DNA of 62,800 nt, the filler included, from Aduncisulcus paluster (lineage: Eukaryota): NCBI GenBank assembly GCA_024181965.1. It is 8 parts of 8 records of this genome, joined end to end, with 100 filler letters (N's around TTAATTAATTAA, not from the genome) between each part and the next. Parts side by side here need not be neighbours in the genome. Positions count along the whole stretch, not along the records: positions 58,670 to 60,143 come from BQXS01012338.1; positions 60,244 to 62,800 come from BQXS01012339.1; 6 more parts are not named here. The stretch is one strand, 5' to 3'. The position numbers were made by a program, and so were the translations under genes. Shown in pieces: positions 59,251-62,800 of the stretch. The notes under the pieces were generated by a model. The model saw nothing but the letters and a program-made list of their open reading frames with translations. It did no database searches and was not told the DNA's origin. The first letter of the stretch is position 1; the number at the start of each line of letters is the position of its first letter.

Positions 59251-59750
59251 AATATTTTCCATCATTTGAGTAGGAAAGTAGTTTAATTTTTTATTTTTTA
59301 TTTTTTATTTTTCTTCGTCATTCCTAATTTAAATATCATCCTTCTCAATGAGAAGCTTCTCATTTTCTTACATTTCTCCCTTCTTTGCTCTCGATACAAT
59401 CTTTTCAATCTTCTTATCGTTTGCATCCTCTCCCTCTTTCTTTGCAATGCAATTAACTCAAGTACAACATCTCTTGAAACGTTCCCCCATAAAAACTCAC
59501 CCACAATCTCTGGGTCTCAGTGACTAACAATGTCTGCTAAATGTCACGCAAAGCAGTTTTATGAGGATGTTTCAAGATGCAATTCAACATTTTTCAATTT
59601 TACAATTAATATCATTAGATTATTTCACCAATTTCTGGTAATATCACGGCATCATCTCTTTTCGCCCCTCTTTAATAAAGCCTTCATCATATCAATCTTT
59701 CAAAGATTAAACAAGTTGTTTTAAAATTTAAACTTTTTAATATTCTTAAC

Positions 59751-60105
59751 TTACTTCCATGGAAGGAGGCATAATCGTTCGCTAGCAAGGATTTCTTCTG
59801 GCATAGTAAAAATAAGGGGGTGGAACGAGAATGATCGAGATTTACAACCACCACCTTCAAGCTCACAGACAGTATAACATTTGGCAAATCGATAGGAAGG
59901 AAGTGCCATTCATAATCATGGTCAAGATCATTGAATTCATGCTTCTTGTGGGTCTTCTTGCCATCAGAAATAGAGAAAGAAAAAAGACAAGGTGAACTTT
60001 CAACTTTGAAACCACAGATATAAGCACCTTTCATTGGGCTAAGTGAGATGGAAAAGGGACGGAAAGATGGGACAAACGCACAAATTCTCCTCGCTTTAAC
60101 ATCCT
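59751..60105 (-). pseudogene. Frameshifted copy of the ~165-aa repeat-domain family
   Basis: LSHLSVPF / MKGAYIC..KKHEF..WHFLPIDLPNVIL / FTMPEEILASERLCLLPWK* lie in different frames. Same C-terminus as 39781-40863. Confidence 0.8.
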
Positions 60106-60244
60106 TATACTCTCCTAACTTCGAGGAACTACATAAACATATANNNNNNNNNNNNNNNNNNNNNNNNNNNNNNNNNNNNNNNNNNNNTTAATTAATTAAN
60201 NNNNNNNNNNNNNNNNNNNNNNNNNNNNNNNNNNNNNNNNNNNC

Positions 60245-61256
60245 TCAGACGGATCTCCTCATTCGACTTCTTCTCTAACAAAAGAAACTTCTGAGGGAAC
60301 TGACAGAACTGAAGAGAGTGAGGGGAAAGGAATTGGAATTGAAAGAAGAAGAAGCAGAAGCAGAAGAGGAAGAAGAAGAAGAAGTGGAAAGAGTAGTAGT
60401 TCGCCCACTACTGCTACTGGAGATATTACTGATGAAGGAGAGCATGGCATTGATCATAAACATGCAAACATGTACATCCTTGAAGATACACAAACCACAA
60501 CGACAACATACTCTCGTTCCCATTATGACCTTCAAACAGATGAGATCCCTGAGGTTAGTATGGATGGCAAGGATGAAGATCCTACATTTACATTTCCAAG
60601 GTCACCAATGGACACTGGGAACTTTCAAGCCCTTGCCAGCAAGCTTGGGAAGAAGTTAACGCCTTCCTCGACAATGGTAACTGGGTCTCCACTCAATGAT
60701 CCATCAATGCTTCTTGAATTATCATCAAGATTGGAGAAGACTTCATCTTTAAATCCTGACTCAAATCCTGACTCAAATCCTGATTCTGAGCAAGATCGCA
60801 GGTTTTATGAATTATTATTATTCTGACTTGCACTACCCAAAATATTTCGTTGGTTTATTCTCTCCAAAAGCATTTTTAACCCTTGTTCACTCCGTATATG
60901 CCTCTTCTTCTTCCATCGACACTGATGATTTCTTACGCACACTTCTCTTCCTTGTCCCACCTTATCTTACTTCCTGGATTCGCAATATGAGGGCCAAAAA
61001 AGATGAATCTGATGAGATCGTGAGCGAGGAGCGTGAAGAAAAGGAGGAGAAAGGTCGTTCTATAGCGGATAGCAGAGGAATAGGAGAAGAAATGACAGAT
61101 GTTAATGGACATCATATTTCGTATCCTTCTCTCTTTTCAGTTGGAAACGTTGACCTAAGTGAGGAAGTTGAAGAGAAGGAACAGATAGGATTCTTTATTC
61201 AAACAAATGTTAACAGATTATATGGGAAGATATGTAAATGGAATAGATTTCATTAA
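60245..61256 (+). CDS. Hypothetical protein, 5'-truncated, with a +1 frame break near 60810-60826
   Basis: Frame is open from 60245 to TGA at 60826 and overlaps ORF 60807-61256 at a (TTA)n run. Confidence 0.5.
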
Positions 61257-61536
61257 TTGTGATTTATATTGAGAAGTGGCAATTATTCGGGTTCTTTTTC
61301 TTTGGGTATGATAATCCACCATTTCTTAGCCATTAAATACACTTTGTAAGGATATTTCTTCTGCCAATTTTATTTCGACTTGAAATTTAAGGATGTTTTG
61401 TATAAAGTGCATTTTTCAACATCAATTTTTAGGCATAGAAACCCCCATAAAGCACTGTGGATGACAAAGTACACAAGGTGATCGACGACTTAAAAACTCT
61501 CAGTGGTTGCATCTCCCCCCATCATATTCTCCGTGC

Positions 61537-62622
61537 TCTTTCCGGGATCTTCCTCTTAAGGTTCACCAAACATATTCCGTTTATCGTCATGAGACCAAAA
61601 ACACACGTCCCTTGATCCGTGTTCGTGAAATTCCCTGGAATGAAGCCCACACATGCCACACCACCAAAGAGGATGCTCTCGAGAACCTTCGGATGGCCTG
61701 GGTTGGTTACAAACGCGTTATCGAAGAAACTCTTGGTTTTACTGGACTTATCTTGACTAGACCTGATTGGGACCGTTTTGGAGGTGGAGAGTGCAGTGAG
61801 GTTATGGATACAATTATGCCATGCGGTCGTGTTTTGCAGACTGTCGGTGCCCACTACCTTGGTCAGAAATTCGCCAAGGCATGTGATATCAAGTATTTAG
61901 ATGAAAAGAATGAGTTTCAGCATGTGTGGATGACCTGCTATGGTGTTAGTACCCGTCTCCTTGCTGCCACTCTTGCTGTCCATGGTGACGACACTGGTTT
62001 CATCCTCCCTCCAGCCATTGCTCGTTATCAGGTCGTTGTTGTTCCAATTATCATGAAGAAGAAGGACTCTGAGGTTGTCTTTGCTCGCTGTGAAGAGATT
62101 ATGAAAGATCTCCAGGAGGCCGGTATTCGTGCAACTCTTGACAGGTCTGATCAGAAGCCCGGTGCCAAATTCTTCCATTGGGAGATGAAAGGGGTGCCCC
62201 TTCGTATTGAGGTTGGACCCAGAGATGTCAAGAACGGCTGCAGTATGTTTGCTCCAAGGTTAGGTGGAAGGGCTGCCAAACACATTGTGAAGAACGAAGA
62301 TATGATTGGAGAGGTCAAGAAAGAGCTTGATTTGATGCTTGTCAAACTGAGGGAACGTGGATTCAAGTTTCACTCCGACCGTGTGACCTTTTGTGAGACC
62401 ATTGAAGAAGTGAAAGAAGCTATCGAGAAGAAAGGAGGATTTGCACGTGTTCCCTTCTTCTCAATGGGCTTTGATGGTCAGGATGCTGACGATGAGATGA
62501 GAGAACTCACTGGCGGTGAGGTTAGAGGATTCCTTGCTTCTGAAGAACATGAAGAAGGGGTCAAATGTCTTATCACAGGAAAGCCAGCAAAATATTGGGG
62601 GTACGTGGCCAGAGCTTATTAA
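61537..62622 (+). CDS. proS: Prolyl-tRNA synthetase, archaeal/eukaryotic type, lacking its N-terminal ~110-130 aa
   Basis: SFRDLPLK..VYRHETKNTRPLIRVREI.WNEAHT, HYLGQKFAK, TCYGVSTRLLAATLAVHGDD, anticodon domain GAKFFHWEMKGVPLRIEVGPRD and C-terminal ARAY. Motif 1 and RPTSE are absent upstream. Confidence 0.85.
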   Translation, partial: SFRDLPLKVHQTYSVYRHETKNTRPLIRVREIPWNEAHTCHTTKEDALENLRMAWVGYKRVIEETLGFTGLILTRPDWDRFGGGECSEVMDTIMPCGRVLQTVGAHYLGQKFAKACDIKYLDEKNEFQHVWMTCYGVSTRLLAATLAVHGDDTGFILPPAIARYQVVVVPIIMKKKDSEVVFARCEEIMKDLQEAGIRATLDRSDQKPGAKFFHWEMKGVPLRIEVGPRDVKNGCSMFAPRLGGRAAKHIVKNEDMIGEVKKELDLMLVKLRERGFKFHSDRVTFCETIEEVKEAIEKKGGFARVPFFSMGFDGQDADDEMRELTGGEVRGFLASEEHEEGVKCLITGKPAKYWGYVARAY

Positions 62623-62800
62623 TTATATAATCAATGATCATTCAAATTTTAAATTTATTAGCAGATTCATATAATAAAACAAAACACAATTCAATTTGCA
62701 TATCATAAGCTTGAAGCTTGAAAGCGAGAAGATCAAATTATTATTAGAGAGAAAAAGTCAAAACAAGAGAACAAATAAAATGCAAAATTACATTTTATCC

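Noticed and set aside
59298..59504. 68-aa basic minus-strand ORF
   Set aside because: No ATG start or recognisable homology; cannot be supported.
61420..61540. Trans-splicing acceptor for ProRS
   Set aside because: No AG or branch motif at the homology breakpoint; the nearest AG (61503) gives non-homologous residues.

Overview
AT-rich, gene-dense eukaryotic (protist) genomic DNA. It is eight assembly pieces joined by artificial 100-nt N-TTAATTAATTAA-N spacers (1-28930, 29031-31982, 32083-39067, 39168-51825, 51926-53603, 53704-58569, 58670-60143, 60244-62800), so adjacency across spacers has no biological meaning. Short GTATGT..AG introns, an archaeal-type ProRS and the expanded gene families suggest a free-living fornicate/metamonad (Carpediemonas-like, e.g. 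Aduncisulcus); this is inference. Recognisable genes: NSA2, a Ulp1/SENP protease, a villin/gelsolin-like protein, LTV1, a p24/GOLD protein, a PHD-finger protein, a PIKK kinase, RPT3, NEMF/Rqc2, a 5'-truncated ProRS and tRNA-Lys(CTT). Accessory content: LRR and EGF-repeat surface proteins, an FKBP pseudogene and Ty3/Gypsy chromovirus fragments. Most interesting: (1) a modular family in which one divergent kinase clade carries either a ~17-TM domain or a tandem uncharacterised ~165-aa domain that also occurs kinase-free and as a pseudogene; (2) two candidate structured non-coding RNAs (53764-54274 and 35106-35280); (3) a dispersed 15-nt-period TTCTATTTTTAGAA doublet motif. All calls were made by eye, with no database searches.
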